The position numbers and the translations under genes are program-made. Below are positions 9,940-20,548 of a DNA stretch of 64,000 bases, piece by piece. This DNA is from an uncultured Clostridia bacterium. Lineage in GTDB: Bacteria > Bacillota > Clostridia > TANB77 > CAG-465. The first letter of the stretch is position 1, and every line of letters starts with the position of its first letter. The stretch spans positions 42,136 through 106,135 of the forward strand of contig CALXES010000002.1 of assembly GCA_944387385.1 (NCBI GenBank). The letters are read 5' to 3'. The notes under the pieces were generated by a model. The model had not been told where the DNA came from, made no database searches, and worked only from the letters and a program-made list of their open reading frames with translations.

Positions 9940-11124
9940 TTAATTCCTTTCTCTAAAATATCCCACTTCTTCTGTAAGGTCATACACAACTCTAACTGAT
10001 ATCTTTTCATTATCTTCATAATCTATTATTAAATTTGAATTAATAATCTGACCATTTCTTGTATTTGGTAATACTTCATTATTTATATAATCTTCTGAAT
10101 CTTTTTGTGCTATTTGAAGTATTTCTTCTTTACTACGTACTCTATCAACCAAATTATATATGTTAAATTTATATATATCAAAAGAGAGTGTATTACCAAA
10201 AAAATTAATACTACTACTGTCTTTAATTATATCATATTTTAAAGATTTATCCAAATAATTTATGTAATTTTCTTTATTATTTATGCTTATACCAATGCTA
10301 TATTTAGTCTTACCTGTATATTCCTTCTCTTGTACCGTATAATAGTAGTCTGATTTATACTCATATTCAGTTTTTAAAACTACAAGTCCCTTAGCACTAA
10401 CATCTTTTGTTTCTAATAAATCACTATAAATTTTTCCCTCAATTAATATTCTACCTTCTTCTACATATTCTCCAGTACTAAGAATCGGAGTTCCATTTTC
10501 TGCAATTATTTTTTCTATAACTCCACTTTTATCTGAAACTATATCCCCTATTGAATTATCATTAACAGCACTATCTGGTAATCTTGTTTTTTCTACAATG
10601 TTTATATATACATTTGTACCTTCAATATCTACCCCTATCCATGCAGCATCAGGTAATAATACTCTTAAATTCGTAACTATTTTTTTTGTTTGAAGTCCAA
10701 GTTTATTTTTTCCAATATACACACCAGAATCTTCCAAAGCTTTATATACTTCTTCTGTAGTAATATACGAATTACCTATAACTTCTATATTCCATATAAA
10801 TGACGTTGATAAAATACATAGTAATACAAAAATTCCAAGAAGAAAAATAACTACTCTTCTTTTTCTATACTTAAATACCTTAAAATATAGTCCTTTTTTA
10901 TTTAGTATTTTTACTTTACATTTTGTCTTTTTTGTTATTTTTCTTAATTTTTTAAAGTCCTTTATTGCAATACTAAATCTTACTATACCACTTCCAATTG
11001 TCTGTATATTCCAGATTTTTATATTATTAATTTTACATAGATTTATATATCTCTCTGTAAAAAAACCTTCAACTTCAACTTCTACAGTTCCATTAATTTT
11101 TTTTATTCCTTCCTCTAAATTCAT
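9940..11124 (-). CDS. yqfD: sporulation protein YqfD (stage IV sporulation-associated membrane protein)
   Basis: N-terminal GTVEVEVEGFFTERYINLCKINNIKIWNI pattern, single TM in the middle, about 394 aa; sits downstream of yqfC as in Bacilli/Clostridia. Confidence 0.7.
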   Translation of the reverse strand: MNLEEGIKKINGTVEVEVEGFFTERYINLCKINNIKIWNIQTIGSGIVRFSIAIKDFKKLRKITKKTKCKVKILNKKGLYFKVFKYRKRRVVIFLLGIFVLLCILSTSFIWNIEVIGNSYITTEEVYKALEDSGVYIGKNKLGLQTKKIVTNLRVLLPDAAWIGVDIEGTNVYINIVEKTRLPDSAVNDNSIGDIVSDKSGVIEKIIAENGTPILSTGEYVEEGRILIEGKIYSDLLETKDVSAKGLVVLKTEYEYKSDYYYTVQEKEYTGKTKYSIGISINNKENYINYLDKSLKYDIIKDSSSINFFGNTLSFDIYKFNIYNLVDRVRSKEEILQIAQKDSEDYINNEVLPNTRNGQIINSNLIIDYEDNEKISVRVVYDLTEEVGYFRERN

Positions 11125-11131
11125 ACTACTC

Positions 11132-11461
11132 CTATCTATTTAAAAATCCAACATTACTAATATCACCAGATACTAACACTTCTTCATCAGTAATCTCGTT
11201 AATTTTTAAATTTTTTCCATCCAAAATTATATATACATTTTGAGTCTGTATCTTTATATAATTATCATAGTAATCTACTATATTATTCTTTCCTTCTATT
11301 AAAATTTGTGAATTTTCAATCATAGTAATCCTAGCAAAATCACTTGATAGTTCTTTAGGAAGCTCTAATGTCTCAATAAAACGTTCTTTAACTTCTGAAA
11401 GTTTAGATTTAAAATTTATTTTTTTAAAAAGTTTTTTTCCCTCTTTTTTTAGACTCTTCAC
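11132..11461 (-). CDS. yqfC: sporulation protein YqfC
   Basis: 109-aa protein directly upstream of yqfD; conserved two-gene spore module. Confidence 0.55.
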   Translation of the reverse strand: MKSLKKEGKKLFKKINFKSKLSEVKERFIETLELPKELSSDFARITMIENSQILIEGKNNIVDYYDNYIKIQTQNVYIILDGKNLKINEITDEEVLVSGDISNVGFLNR

Positions 11462-11524
11462 TAAATATCACCTACATTAAGTATATTTTATATATTTTAT
11501 TTTTATTACAAGCTATAAAATATC

Positions 11525-11556
11525 AAAAAAGCAGAGAAAAATACTCTCTGCTTTTA
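11525..11556. terminator. rho-independent terminator downstream of 11557-12057 gene
   Basis: GCAGAGA-AAAATAC-TCTCTGC hairpin, A-run before and TTTTAC after. Confidence 0.55.
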
Positions 11557-12057
11557 CTAAAATACTAATAGTTCATCTCCAAGTCTTGTTGTTAAATAAC
11601 CTTTTATAACTCTCCCTTCATCTGATAGACTTTTGTATTCTTTTAGCTTATAATTTTTAATTATTGGTTTATTGTTCTTTATTACAATTTCCTTTAATTC
11701 CTCTTTAGGTTTAACATTATAAATTCTTTTATTTGTTAAAACAATTTTTACGTTACTAAAACTATTACTTTGTTTTGGTACAACATACTGATTATTATGT
11801 GTCATTATATAAATTGGCCCATCCTTTTCATACTGCTCTACTGATATAGCTTTTATTCTTCTTGGTATTCCAAGCCAAACTAAACTTCCTAAATGACATA
11901 TTCTTCTAATTATAATATATGAATTATCTTTTTTGTCGTTACTATTGTCATTTAAAGCTAACGTTGAATGTATAACACATAACCTAGTTGGAATATCTAA
12001 CAGTTCTTCTACTCCACCAACATAATAATCTGAAACATGTGGTATCTTCATACACAA
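11557..12057 (-). CDS. hypothetical protein
   Basis: 166-aa ORF with own terminator; no recognizable motif. Confidence 0.4.
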   Translation of the reverse strand: MCMKIPHVSDYYVGGVEELLDIPTRLCVIHSTLALNDNSNDKKDNSYIIIRRICHLGSLVWLGIPRRIKAISVEQYEKDGPIYIMTHNNQYVVPKQSNSFSNVKIVLTNKRIYNVKPKEELKEIVIKNNKPIIKNYKLKEYKSLSDEGRVIKGYLTTRLGDELLVF

Positions 12058-12189
12058 AACCTCCTTTTAAATTTAAAATTAGAATTAAAATTTTTTTACA
12101 ACAAGTATTATACCATTTTTTCATCATTAAGTCAAATTATGTAAACATACAAAAAAGGAGATAGTCTAACTACCTCCTCTAAATAGTTA

Positions 12190-13788
12190 CTATTTTTCTA
12201 AAATAGTATTTCCGCCAAATGTATAGTAACCTGTTGTAAGCTCTATAATATTAACAGTTTCATCTCTATTTAAATAATTAGTCATTGGATAACTAAATGT
12301 TTGATTTCCATTATTTACATCATAAATGTTTACTGTATCTCCAGATTGTATTCCTATGTAATCTTCTACATAGAATAATTTTGTTCCTGATGCTTTGTCT
12401 ATTTTTACATTTCCATCTCTATCTATTACTGATACTACTTCATCTTGAGAATTCTCAATTGTTAAATAATAATCGTTTGCTGCAACTTCATCATTTTCAT
12501 TTAAAGCTATTTTTACTCCATCGCCAAGTAGCATATATTTTTCTAATGATCCAGCATCATTATAGCTTTGAACAATAAGTCCCATTCCTTTTTGTGTATA
12601 TTCTACTATTCCAGTAAGTACCTGTTTTCCTTTAAAATTATATGCTTCATAAGTAGAAGTATCTCCTATAGGATTTAATACTAAAAATTGCAAATTATTT
12701 ATATTATTTCCATTAAATTCATAACCTTCAACTTTAACTTCTTTTTTGTTTTCATTTATAATTTTTACTCCATCGTCTTCATTGATTATGAAATAAACAT
12801 TGCCATCAATATCTTGAACTGGATAAATTTTGTTTTCTGACTCTAATATGTTTTTAAATTTATTATCATAAACAGTATATTTATATTCTCTATTTCCAGA
12901 TGCAACATTTCTTTGCTCTACTACTACATATTCTCTAAAATATACTCTTACATCAAAAGAATAATCTTCAGATGTATCAAGCTCAGATTTTAACTTAGAG
13001 TTTTCATCATAAAAGCTAATTTTACCGTTTGATTCTAATATATTATATGATATATTAACATCATCTATATCTTTAAATAACTCTTCACCAGTAACCAAAT
13101 CAAAATATCTTTTTTCATCATTTAAAGAAATATATACTATTGTATCATAGTCACTATTAAATTTATTTGCATATGAGATACTATGTAATGCTACATCTGT
13201 TTCTAATAATTTTATTCCTGTCTCATTTATAAAGCTATACATATTATCTTTTTGACATTCAAAAACAACTTCTGTTGCTTCTTGAACTGTAGTAACAGAA
13301 ATATAATCATATTCAGGTTCTATAATAGTTTTTCCATTATAATCTATTATTCCATATTTTCCTTCTTTTTCTACTTTATAGAATTCTCCACCAACAACTT
13401 GTGTAAAACTATCATACTCTCCATATTTAACTATTTCTTTATTATTTCTATTAATTAAAGCCATCTCAGACACGCCAGTATCATCTGATACTTTTGATAC
13501 ACATGTTACATCAAAGTAAAAATCATCCATTGAAGTATAACCTTCATATGTCTTAACTTTTCCCTCTAAATCAACAAATGTATATTTATCATCTGTAACA
13601 TTAACAAGTTTTTGATATCCCACTAATGTTGTATTTTCATCTTCTTTATTTGCAAGCACTCCTCTTATAATAAAGACTGCTGCAATAATAATTATTATTA
13701 ATAATACAAGTCTTACAAGTGGTCTTCTTAAAATTTTAGCTAAAGTAATACCTTCTTTTTTGGTATTTGAACTTGTTTTTTTATCCAT
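12190..13788 (-). CDS. membrane-anchored WG-repeat (KWG-like) beta-propeller protein
   Basis: N-terminal TM helix, then repeated units of the form YGIIDYNGKTIIEPEYDYI / YKYTVYDNKFKNILE. Confidence 0.55.
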   Translation of the reverse strand: MDKKTSSNTKKEGITLAKILRRPLVRLVLLIIIIIAAVFIIRGVLANKEDENTTLVGYQKLVNVTDDKYTFVDLEGKVKTYEGYTSMDDFYFDVTCVSKVSDDTGVSEMALINRNNKEIVKYGEYDSFTQVVGGEFYKVEKEGKYGIIDYNGKTIIEPEYDYISVTTVQEATEVVFECQKDNMYSFINETGIKLLETDVALHSISYANKFNSDYDTIVYISLNDEKRYFDLVTGEELFKDIDDVNISYNILESNGKISFYDENSKLKSELDTSEDYSFDVRVYFREYVVVEQRNVASGNREYKYTVYDNKFKNILESENKIYPVQDIDGNVYFIINEDDGVKIINENKKEVKVEGYEFNGNNINNLQFLVLNPIGDTSTYEAYNFKGKQVLTGIVEYTQKGMGLIVQSYNDAGSLEKYMLLGDGVKIALNENDEVAANDYYLTIENSQDEVVSVIDRDGNVKIDKASGTKLFYVEDYIGIQSGDTVNIYDVNNGNQTFSYPMTNYLNRDETVNIIELTTGYYTFGGNTILEK

Positions 13789-13877
13789 ATTCTACCTCTT
13801 TTCTTTATATTAATTTACAAATATATCGTACACTATTTTATATTTTTTGTCAATATTTTTACATATATACATTTTAG

Positions 13878-14531
13878 CTATAATGCAATTTTTACGCCAT
13901 TTTCATTATCTACGAAAACTAGATATATTTCATCATTTGAATCATTGTTTATATTATATTTTAATAAAATACTTTTCTCTTCTCCTTCATCTAAAAAACC
14001 TGATATAAAATTATTATCCTCAATTGATGAAGAAGAATAAACAAACTCATTTGTACTTAAATTAAATAGGCCAAAATTATATATACTAAAGTATGTATTA
14101 TTCTCAAGTGAACTTACATTTATTTTTACGCTATATTCATTACTATTATTTGTAAGTTCATCAATATTTAAAACTAAACTGTCTTTTATTACAATATTAT
14201 CTTCAGAAGAATATTCTTTATAATCTTTAAACTTTTCATCATAGTACTCATTATAGTTTATATCACTTGAACTTAATATATTATTAAAAATATTTGAAAT
14301 AAATTTTGCAGATAAAACATTTATTACTATACATATTATTATCGCTATTATTGATACAACTAATGCAATAATAGATGCATCTTTTTTTTCTTTTGTATCT
14401 TCTTTCTTAAAAATTATAATAGATAATATTATAGCTATAATTGATGCGATTAGTGAAAATGGAATTCCAAATAATGGAACAAATGAACAAACAAAAGCTA
14501 GAATACTACAAATTAATGATATTATATACAT
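13878..14531 (-). CDS. hypothetical membrane protein (two N-terminal TM helices plus extracellular domain)
   Basis: Hydrophobic N-terminus, Ser/Asn-rich ectodomain. Confidence 0.45.
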   Translation of the reverse strand: MYIISLICSILAFVCSFVPLFGIPFSLIASIIAIILSIIIFKKEDTKEKKDASIIALVVSIIAIIICIVINVLSAKFISNIFNNILSSSDINYNEYYDEKFKDYKEYSSEDNIVIKDSLVLNIDELTNNSNEYSVKINVSSLENNTYFSIYNFGLFNLSTNEFVYSSSSIEDNNFISGFLDEGEEKSILLKYNINNDSNDEIYLVFVDNENGVKIAL

Positions 14532-14543
14532 ACAAATTCCTCC

Positions 14544-14900
14544 TTATAGTTTGTAATCGTTAAAAATAGTAGCATTTTCAATAAGCCAGACTATTTGACT
14601 CTTTAAATCGTAACTATCGGAATACAAAACATCAAGCATCTCATCAATATCTCTTGAATAAAAATTTGAATATACCTCTTTTATTTTCATTAAATAATCA
14701 TACATATACCATTTATTATCTATTTTTATATTTTTATATCTTAACATTTTTTTAAAATGTTTAATATAACAATCTAATAAAATAAATTTTGACGTTTCGT
14801 AGTCTTTTTCTAAAGTGGATTTTCTAATTTTCTTTTCTAAGTTTTTTTCTTTCATAACTATCACTAATACAACTATAGCATAAAAGCAATTATTAAGCAA
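14544..14900 (-). CDS. hypothetical protein
   Basis: 118-aa ORF 12 nt downstream of the previous gene. Confidence 0.4.
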   Translation of the reverse strand: MLNNCFYAIVVLVIVMKEKNLEKKIRKSTLEKDYETSKFILLDCYIKHFKKMLRYKNIKIDNKWYMYDYLMKIKEVYSNFYSRDIDEMLDVLYSDSYDLKSQIVWLIENATIFNDYKL

Positions 14901-14901
14901 T

Positions 14902-14932
14902 AAAAAATCTCGTATTAAATACGAGACTTTTA
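14902..14932. terminator. rho-independent terminator after secF
   Basis: TCTCGTA-TTAAA-TACGAGA hairpin with flanking A/T runs. Confidence 0.55.
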
Positions 14933-14933
14933 A

Positions 14934-15836
14934 TTAAGCTTTTTTCTTTTTCTTCATAGCTTTGTCTATTGAATACCATAATGCTGTTGCAATAAATATA
15001 GAAGAAAAAGTTCCTTCTGCAATTCCTATAGATAGAGGAATTGAGAATTGTTTTAATGTTTCTTGATCATTTACAACAGAGAATATTAAAACAATACCTA
15101 TTGCAACTAATGTTGTAAATGATGTCATTATTGTTCTTCTTAATGTTTGCGATATACTTTGATTAATTACATCTTTTACATCGTTTGATTTTGTTACTAC
15201 TCTTTTATTTTCTCTAATTCTATCATATACAATTATTGTATCATTAATTGAGTATCCTATAATAGTTAGTATAACAGCGACAAATGTAGAATTTATAGGA
15301 AATTTAAATATACCATATATTGCAAATAAGAAACATACATCAAATACTAATCCTAACACAGCAGATAAAGCAGCTGTATAACCTAAAGTCTTAAATCTAA
15401 TTGCAATATATACAAGTAATAAGACAATTGATACAACAACTGAAACTATAGCTGTATTAATAAGTTCTTGTCCATATGAAGCTTGAACATTCTTTGTTGT
15501 AGCTTCTCCCATATTAGTATATCTTTGCTTCAACGCATCAATAATATTTGAAGATTCTTCCTCTGAAATAGTTTGTGTAGTAATTGTAACAGAATTGTTT
15601 CCAGAACTTGTAGACTGTACTTCTGGAGTTTGTCCACATACTTGCTCTACTATTTCAGCAATTTCTGAATTATTGTATTCCTCATTTAAATCTACTTGTA
15701 TTCTAGTACCACCTTTAAAGTCTATATCAAAAACATATCCAGTAGAAAAACCATATATTAATCCAGCTACTACAATTAATAATGATACAATTAATACTAT
15801 ATTTTTATGTTTTAAGAAATCATACTTTAGCGTCAT
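14934..15836 (-). CDS. secF: protein translocase subunit SecF
   Basis: 300 aa; six TM helices; overlaps secD stop by 17 nt. Confidence 0.9.
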   Translation of the reverse strand: MTLKYDFLKHKNIVLIVSLLIVVAGLIYGFSTGYVFDIDFKGGTRIQVDLNEEYNNSEIAEIVEQVCGQTPEVQSTSSGNNSVTITTQTISEEESSNIIDALKQRYTNMGEATTKNVQASYGQELINTAIVSVVVSIVLLLVYIAIRFKTLGYTAALSAVLGLVFDVCFLFAIYGIFKFPINSTFVAVILTIIGYSINDTIIVYDRIRENKRVVTKSNDVKDVINQSISQTLRRTIMTSFTTLVAIGIVLIFSVVNDQETLKQFSIPLSIGIAEGTFSSIFIATALWYSIDKAMKKKKKA

Positions 15837-17133
15837 TTTTTTCTACCTCCTTTTTTAATCCAAATAAGAAAGTAGTCTTATTTGCTAGTGGCATAAATTG
15901 TTTTAAGATAGCTTTAGATACAAATAATGCAGTAAACATACTTAATACAACACCAAGTCCTAAAACTAATCCAAATCCTTTAACCATACCTGAACCTAAT
16001 AGATACAATACAAATGCAACTATTAAAGTTGTGATATTACCATCAACTATTGTACTAGTTGAATTTTTAAAGCTTTTCTCAAATGCTTTTTTATATGAGA
16101 CTTTTTTATGCAACTCTTCTTTTAATCTTTCAAATATAATAACATTAGCATCTACTGCCATACCTACAGATAATATTAGACCTGCAATTCCAGAAAGAGT
16201 TAATGAAATACCTGTGTTTGAAATTATTAATAATAATACTGAAACGTACATTATTAAAGATATTGATGATACAACACCTGGTAATCTATATGCAATAATC
16301 ATTATTAAACAAACTACAATTAGAGCTACAATTCCAGCCTTAACGCTTATGTCTAACGCATATTGACCAACAAATGGTCCAATATACTCTTTATTTATAA
16401 CATTTAAATTAAATGGTAAACTTCCTGAATCAATTAACATAGCATATTCTTCTGCTATAGCTTTTCTTTCAGCATAAGTTCCATCACCTACTGTTATTAT
16501 TGCTGTTGATGAATCAATTTTACTATTTACGTATGGTGATGTAATACATTCTTCATCTAAATAAATAGGCATCTGTTGTCCTGCTAATTTTTCTGTAGCA
16601 TCTGCAAATTTTTGTGTCCCCTCATCACTAAATGTTAAAACAACATGAGGAGTATTTATTCCTGTACTATCTACAGGATCATCACTATATTCAGCAGATT
16701 TAATATCTTCTCCTTCTAGTAAAACATTTCCATCTGAATCTCTAAATTGAATTACTGCAGTTCTATCTAATCCTTCAACTGCTGAAAGGGGATCTACTGA
16801 TGTATCACTAGTATTTGTTGGGATTTCAACACTGATTTGATTAGTGCTGGAATCAACTCTAATAATATAATCATAGATGTTCTTAGCTTCCAACCTATTT
16901 TGTATAACTGTTTTTGACTTTTCTAAATCGCTTGGTGTAATTTCTTGGCCATCTTCTACTTCTGCCTGATAAACAATAGTAACACCGCCACTAATGTCTA
17001 GACCAGTATTTATATCTCTTGCACCTTTTATAATAGTTTTGTCTCCTATTTTTAAGCCAAAGATAGCAAGGTATCCAAGAAGAAGCATTATAACTATAGA
17101 AATTACTATTTTTATAATATTATTTTTCTTCAA
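15820..17133 (-). CDS. secD: protein translocase subunit SecD
   Basis: 437 aa; large periplasmic loop then a six-TM C-terminal domain (GIAGLILSVGMAVDANVIIFER). Confidence 0.9.
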   Translation of the reverse strand: MKKNNIIKIVISIVIMLLLGYLAIFGLKIGDKTIIKGARDINTGLDISGGVTIVYQAEVEDGQEITPSDLEKSKTVIQNRLEAKNIYDYIIRVDSSTNQISVEIPTNTSDTSVDPLSAVEGLDRTAVIQFRDSDGNVLLEGEDIKSAEYSDDPVDSTGINTPHVVLTFSDEGTQKFADATEKLAGQQMPIYLDEECITSPYVNSKIDSSTAIITVGDGTYAERKAIAEEYAMLIDSGSLPFNLNVINKEYIGPFVGQYALDISVKAGIVALIVVCLIMIIAYRLPGVVSSISLIMYVSVLLLIISNTGISLTLSGIAGLILSVGMAVDANVIIFERLKEELHKKVSYKKAFEKSFKNSTSTIVDGNITTLIVAFVLYLLGSGMVKGFGLVLGLGVVLSMFTALFVSKAILKQFMPLANKTTFLFGLKKEVEKNDAKV

Positions 17134-17224
17134 TTAAATCCCTCCTATAACAATTGTAATTATACTATTTTTAATTTTTATAGTCAATATTAATCTACAA
17201 GTTTTGACTTGTACAAAATATAAT

Positions 17225-17258
17225 AAATAAAAGAAACGTCCATAATTTGACGTTTCTT
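17225..17258. terminator. rho-independent terminator downstream of 17263-17952 gene
   Basis: AGAAACGTC-loop-GACGTTTCT 9-bp stem. Confidence 0.55.
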
Positions 17259-17262
17259 ACTA

Positions 17263-17952
17263 TTATTCTTTGTCTAAAGGATCATTATCACTTATTACAT
17301 TAGACTTTGTATAAGCCTCATTTTTATTCATTGTATTGTTTAAATCTATTTCATTTTTTAAATCAATTGCTGAATCACCTGTTTTTATTGGATTGGTAAT
17401 TACGTTACCATTATGTATCAAGTTTTCTATATTATTATAATGCTCTTCCGTATTTTTTATACCGTATAAAATTGTTGCACTTCCACGTGCTCTATCAGCA
17501 TTAGTGTAAATTATTATAACACCATAATTCATAACTCTATCAGTAACTGTACGTCTAATCTCTACTTCACGAATATTTGAATATTCAATTGTCTTTTTTG
17601 TTTGACTCAAAAAATCATTTTCATATACCATACAATTTTTATAAAACTTATACGATATTCCCTTATATTCTAATATTTGCATACTAATTCTTGAAATTAA
17701 CATTATTATAGTTAAAACTATCGCAATAATACATACAATATTTCCGACATTATATATACTATTTATTGTTTCATTTCCTATTTCAGTTACATACCCTTTA
17801 CATAGAAAAAGTATTACAAAAAGAACTAAACTAACTACTACAGCTGTAAGTGCAGATTTTAATTTTCTTCCTGTTGGCATTGTAAGCTCATAAAAGAAAT
17901 TAAACTTTGGTCCTAATTCATATAAAACTTCTCCTTTATCTTCCATATACAC
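17263..17952 (-). CDS. membrane protein with bacterial PH (YdbS/YdbT-like) domain
   Basis: Two TM helices followed by a PH-like region. Confidence 0.45.
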   Translation of the reverse strand: MYMEDKGEVLYELGPKFNFFYELTMPTGRKLKSALTAVVVSLVLFVILFLCKGYVTEIGNETINSIYNVGNIVCIIAIVLTIIMLISRISMQILEYKGISYKFYKNCMVYENDFLSQTKKTIEYSNIREVEIRRTVTDRVMNYGVIIIYTNADRARGSATILYGIKNTEEHYNNIENLIHNGNVITNPIKTGDSAIDLKNEIDLNNTMNKNEAYTKSNVISDNDPLDKE

Positions 17953-17967
17953 CCCTCCAAATAATAG

Positions 17968-18684
17968 TTACTCTTTAATAATTGTTCCTATTTTATCACC
18001 TTTTACTGCTCTTTTAATTGAATCTTTTTCATTTAATGCAAATACAAGAATTGGAATTTTATTCTCCATACATAAAGTTATTGCTGTTGTATCCATAACA
18101 CCTAATTTTTCATTTATTGATTGCATATATGAAACTTCATCATACTTAATTGCATCTTCAAATTTTTTAGGATCTTTATTATATACCCCGTCTACATTTT
18201 TAGCAAGCAATATAACATCTGAATCCATTTCTACTGCTCTAAGTGCAGCTGCTGAATCTGTTGTAAAATATGGACTACCTGTACCACAAGCAAATATAAC
18301 TATTCTTCCTTTTTCTAAATGTCTTACTGCTTTTCTTCTTATATATGGTTCTGCAACTTGTTTCATTTCAATTGCAGTTTGAACTCTTGTCTGTACTCCT
18401 TTAGACTCAAGCATTTCCTGTAAAGCTAAGGCATTTAATGTAGTAGCAAGCATTCCCATATAATCTGATGTTGTCCTTTTTATATATTCACCACCATATT
18501 TACCTCTCCAAAAATTTCCTGCTCCAATTACTACGGCAACCTCTACACCATCTTTATTTAAATCTACTAATTGATCTGCAACTCTTTCAAGCTTTGTACT
18601 ATCAAGCCCTCTTCCATCATCTTGACCAATTGCTTCTCCACTTAATTTTACTAAAATTCTCTTATACATAATAATTTCCTCCAA
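17968..18684 (-). CDS. pyrH: UMP kinase
   Basis: [13 protein letters not shown]-terminal glycine-rich motif, 238 aa. Confidence 0.95.
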   Translation of the reverse strand: MEEIIMYKRILVKLSGEAIGQDDGRGLDSTKLERVADQLVDLNKDGVEVAVVIGAGNFWRGKYGGEYIKRTTSDYMGMLATTLNALALQEMLESKGVQTRVQTAIEMKQVAEPYIRRKAVRHLEKGRIVIFACGTGSPYFTTDSAAALRAVEMDSDVILLAKNVDGVYNKDPKKFEDAIKYDEVSYMQSINEKLGVMDTTAITLCMENKIPILVFALNEKDSIKRAVKGDKIGTIIKE

Positions 18685-18744
18685 ATCACAAAAATTATAT
18701 CATCAATTAAAATATGTGTCAATTTAATAATTACATTTAAGATC

Positions 18745-18776
18745 AAAAAAAGAACTCGATTAAAACGAGTTCTTTT
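18745..18776. terminator. rho-independent terminator after tsf
   Basis: AAGAACTCG-ATTAAAA-CGAGTTCTT 9-bp stem then T-run on minus strand. Confidence 0.6.
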
Positions 18777-18781
18777 ACTAA

Positions 18782-19429
18782 TTAACCATTAATTTGTTTC
18801 ATAACTTCTTCAGCAAAGTTTTCTTCTTTTTTCTCGATTCCTTCGCCTCTTTCAAATCTAACAAATCTTCTAATTACTATATTTTCACCAATCTTAGCAA
18901 TTAATTCTGTTAATAATTGTCCAACTGTTTTGTCTGGATCCTTAACAAATGGTTGATCTAATAGACAGATTTCTGAATAGAATTTATTCATTCTACCTTC
19001 AACTATTTTTTCTGCAATTGCTTCTGGCTTTCCTTCAGCTATTGCTTTTTCCATTTGTGCTTTTTTCTCTGCTTCAACAACTGAAGCTGGAACATCCTCA
19101 CGTTTTACATATTGAGGAGCTGCTGCTGCAACATGCATAGCTATGTCTTTAACAAAGCTTTTAAATTCATCATTTGTTGCAACAAAGTCTGTTTCAGAAT
19201 TTACTTCTACTAATGAACCATATTTTCCATTGTGAATATATGCTTCAACTAATCCTTCTGCTGCAATTCTTCCTGCTTTTTTAGCTGCTTTTGCCATACC
19301 TTTTTGTTTTAAAAGCTCTATAGCTTTATCCATATTTCCTTCTGCCTCAGTAAGGATTTTTTTGCAGTCCATTATTCCTGCACCTGTTCTATCTCTTAAT
19401 TCTTTAACTTGTTCGGCTGTTATTGCCAT
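18782..19429 (-). CDS. tsf: elongation factor Ts (short form)
   Basis: [29 protein letters not shown]-like N-terminus. Confidence 0.95.
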   Translation of the reverse strand: MAITAEQVKELRDRTGAGIMDCKKILTEAEGNMDKAIELLKQKGMAKAAKKAGRIAAEGLVEAYIHNGKYGSLVEVNSETDFVATNDEFKSFVKDIAMHVAAAAPQYVKREDVPASVVEAEKKAQMEKAIAEGKPEAIAEKIVEGRMNKFYSEICLLDQPFVKDPDKTVGQLLTELIAKIGENIVIRRFVRFERGEGIEKKEENFAEEVMKQING

Positions 19430-19457
19430 TTAAAGCACCCCCTATTATATATTAATA

Positions 19458-20330
19458 TTATTCTTGTTCTTCAGTTTTTTCTGCTGGTTGTTCTTCTTTA
19501 ACTTCAGCAACTTCTTCTTTTTTAGTTTCTTTCTTAACGTAGTTTCTTCTATTATTTTGTTTTGGTTTTCTCTCTATTTTATCAACGCCTTCTTTTTCAA
19601 CTAGCTCTTGCATTGTTTCAATATCTTCGTCGTCAATAGTTGTTAAGTTTCCTTCTTTAGCTTCAACTACAGCATCTGCTATTTTACCAGCAATTAAGCT
19701 TACTGATCTTACTGCATCATCATTACCAGGAATTACATAATCAACATCTTCTGGATTACAGTTAGAATCAATTAATCCTATTGTAGGAATGTTAAGTCTT
19801 CTAGCTTCTCTTGTACAAATGTATTCTTTTTTAGAGTCAGCTAAAAAGATTAATGATGGAAGTTTTTCCATATTTTTAATACCACCAAGGTTAGTATTTA
19901 AAATATCCATTTCTTTTCTTAGTTTAATAACTTCTTTTTTTGGTAAAACTTCAAATGTTCCGTCTGCTTCCATTTTTTCAAGTTCATTAAGTCTAGCTAT
20001 TCTCTTTTTAATAGTAGCAAAATTTGTTAAAGTTCCACCTAACCATCTACTGTTAATGTAATACATTCCACATCTTTCAGCTTCAGTTTTAATTGTTTCT
20101 TGGATTTGTTTTTTTGTTCCTACAAATAAAACTAATCCTCCTTCAGCTACAACTTTTTTAGTTTCGTTGTAAGCTTCTTGTAATTTTTTTAATGTTTTTT
20201 GTAAATCTAAGATATATATTCCATTTCTTGCTGTGAATATATATGGAGCCATTCTTGGATCCCATCTTTTAGTTTGGTGTCCAAAATGTACACCAGCTTC
20301 TAGTAATGATTTCATTGGTATAATTGCCAT
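19458..20330 (-). CDS. rpsB: 30S ribosomal protein S2 (start placed at [28 protein letters not shown])
   Basis: Canonical S2 N-terminus; Lys/Glu-rich C-terminal tail; the ORF-track N-extension lacks an RBS. Confidence 0.95.
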   Translation of the reverse strand: MAIIPMKSLLEAGVHFGHQTKRWDPRMAPYIFTARNGIYILDLQKTLKKLQEAYNETKKVVAEGGLVLFVGTKKQIQETIKTEAERCGMYYINSRWLGGTLTNFATIKKRIARLNELEKMEADGTFEVLPKKEVIKLRKEMDILNTNLGGIKNMEKLPSLIFLADSKKEYICTREARRLNIPTIGLIDSNCNPEDVDYVIPGNDDAVRSVSLIAGKIADAVVEAKEGNLTTIDDEDIETMQELVEKEGVDKIERKPKQNNRRNYVKKETKKEEVAEVKEEQPAEKTEEQE

Positions 20331-20516
20331 TTTAAAATTCCTCCTTCTTTCTATCCTCCACAATAATCATAATTTTATACGTCCATTTCTGGAAGAAGAA
20401 TAAAACTCCTATTGTGTGTGTATTTGTATGCATACTAGAATAAACATACAGCGCTATTATTATAACATAATATATTTATTTGTGCAATATTTTATGTAAA
20501 AAAATAGCAATAAAAA

Positions 20517-20545
20517 TATAAAAAAGAGCTGTAAAACAGCTCTAA
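20517..20545. terminator. rho-independent terminator after ftsH
   Basis: AGAGCTG-TAAAA-CAGCTCT hairpin, A-run/T-run. Confidence 0.5.
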
Positions 20546-20548
20546 ATT

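Noticed and set aside
15595-16366. Plus-strand ORFs (87 and 194 aa) overlapping secF/secD
   Set aside because: Entirely antisense to conserved Sec genes; low-complexity hydrophobic translations
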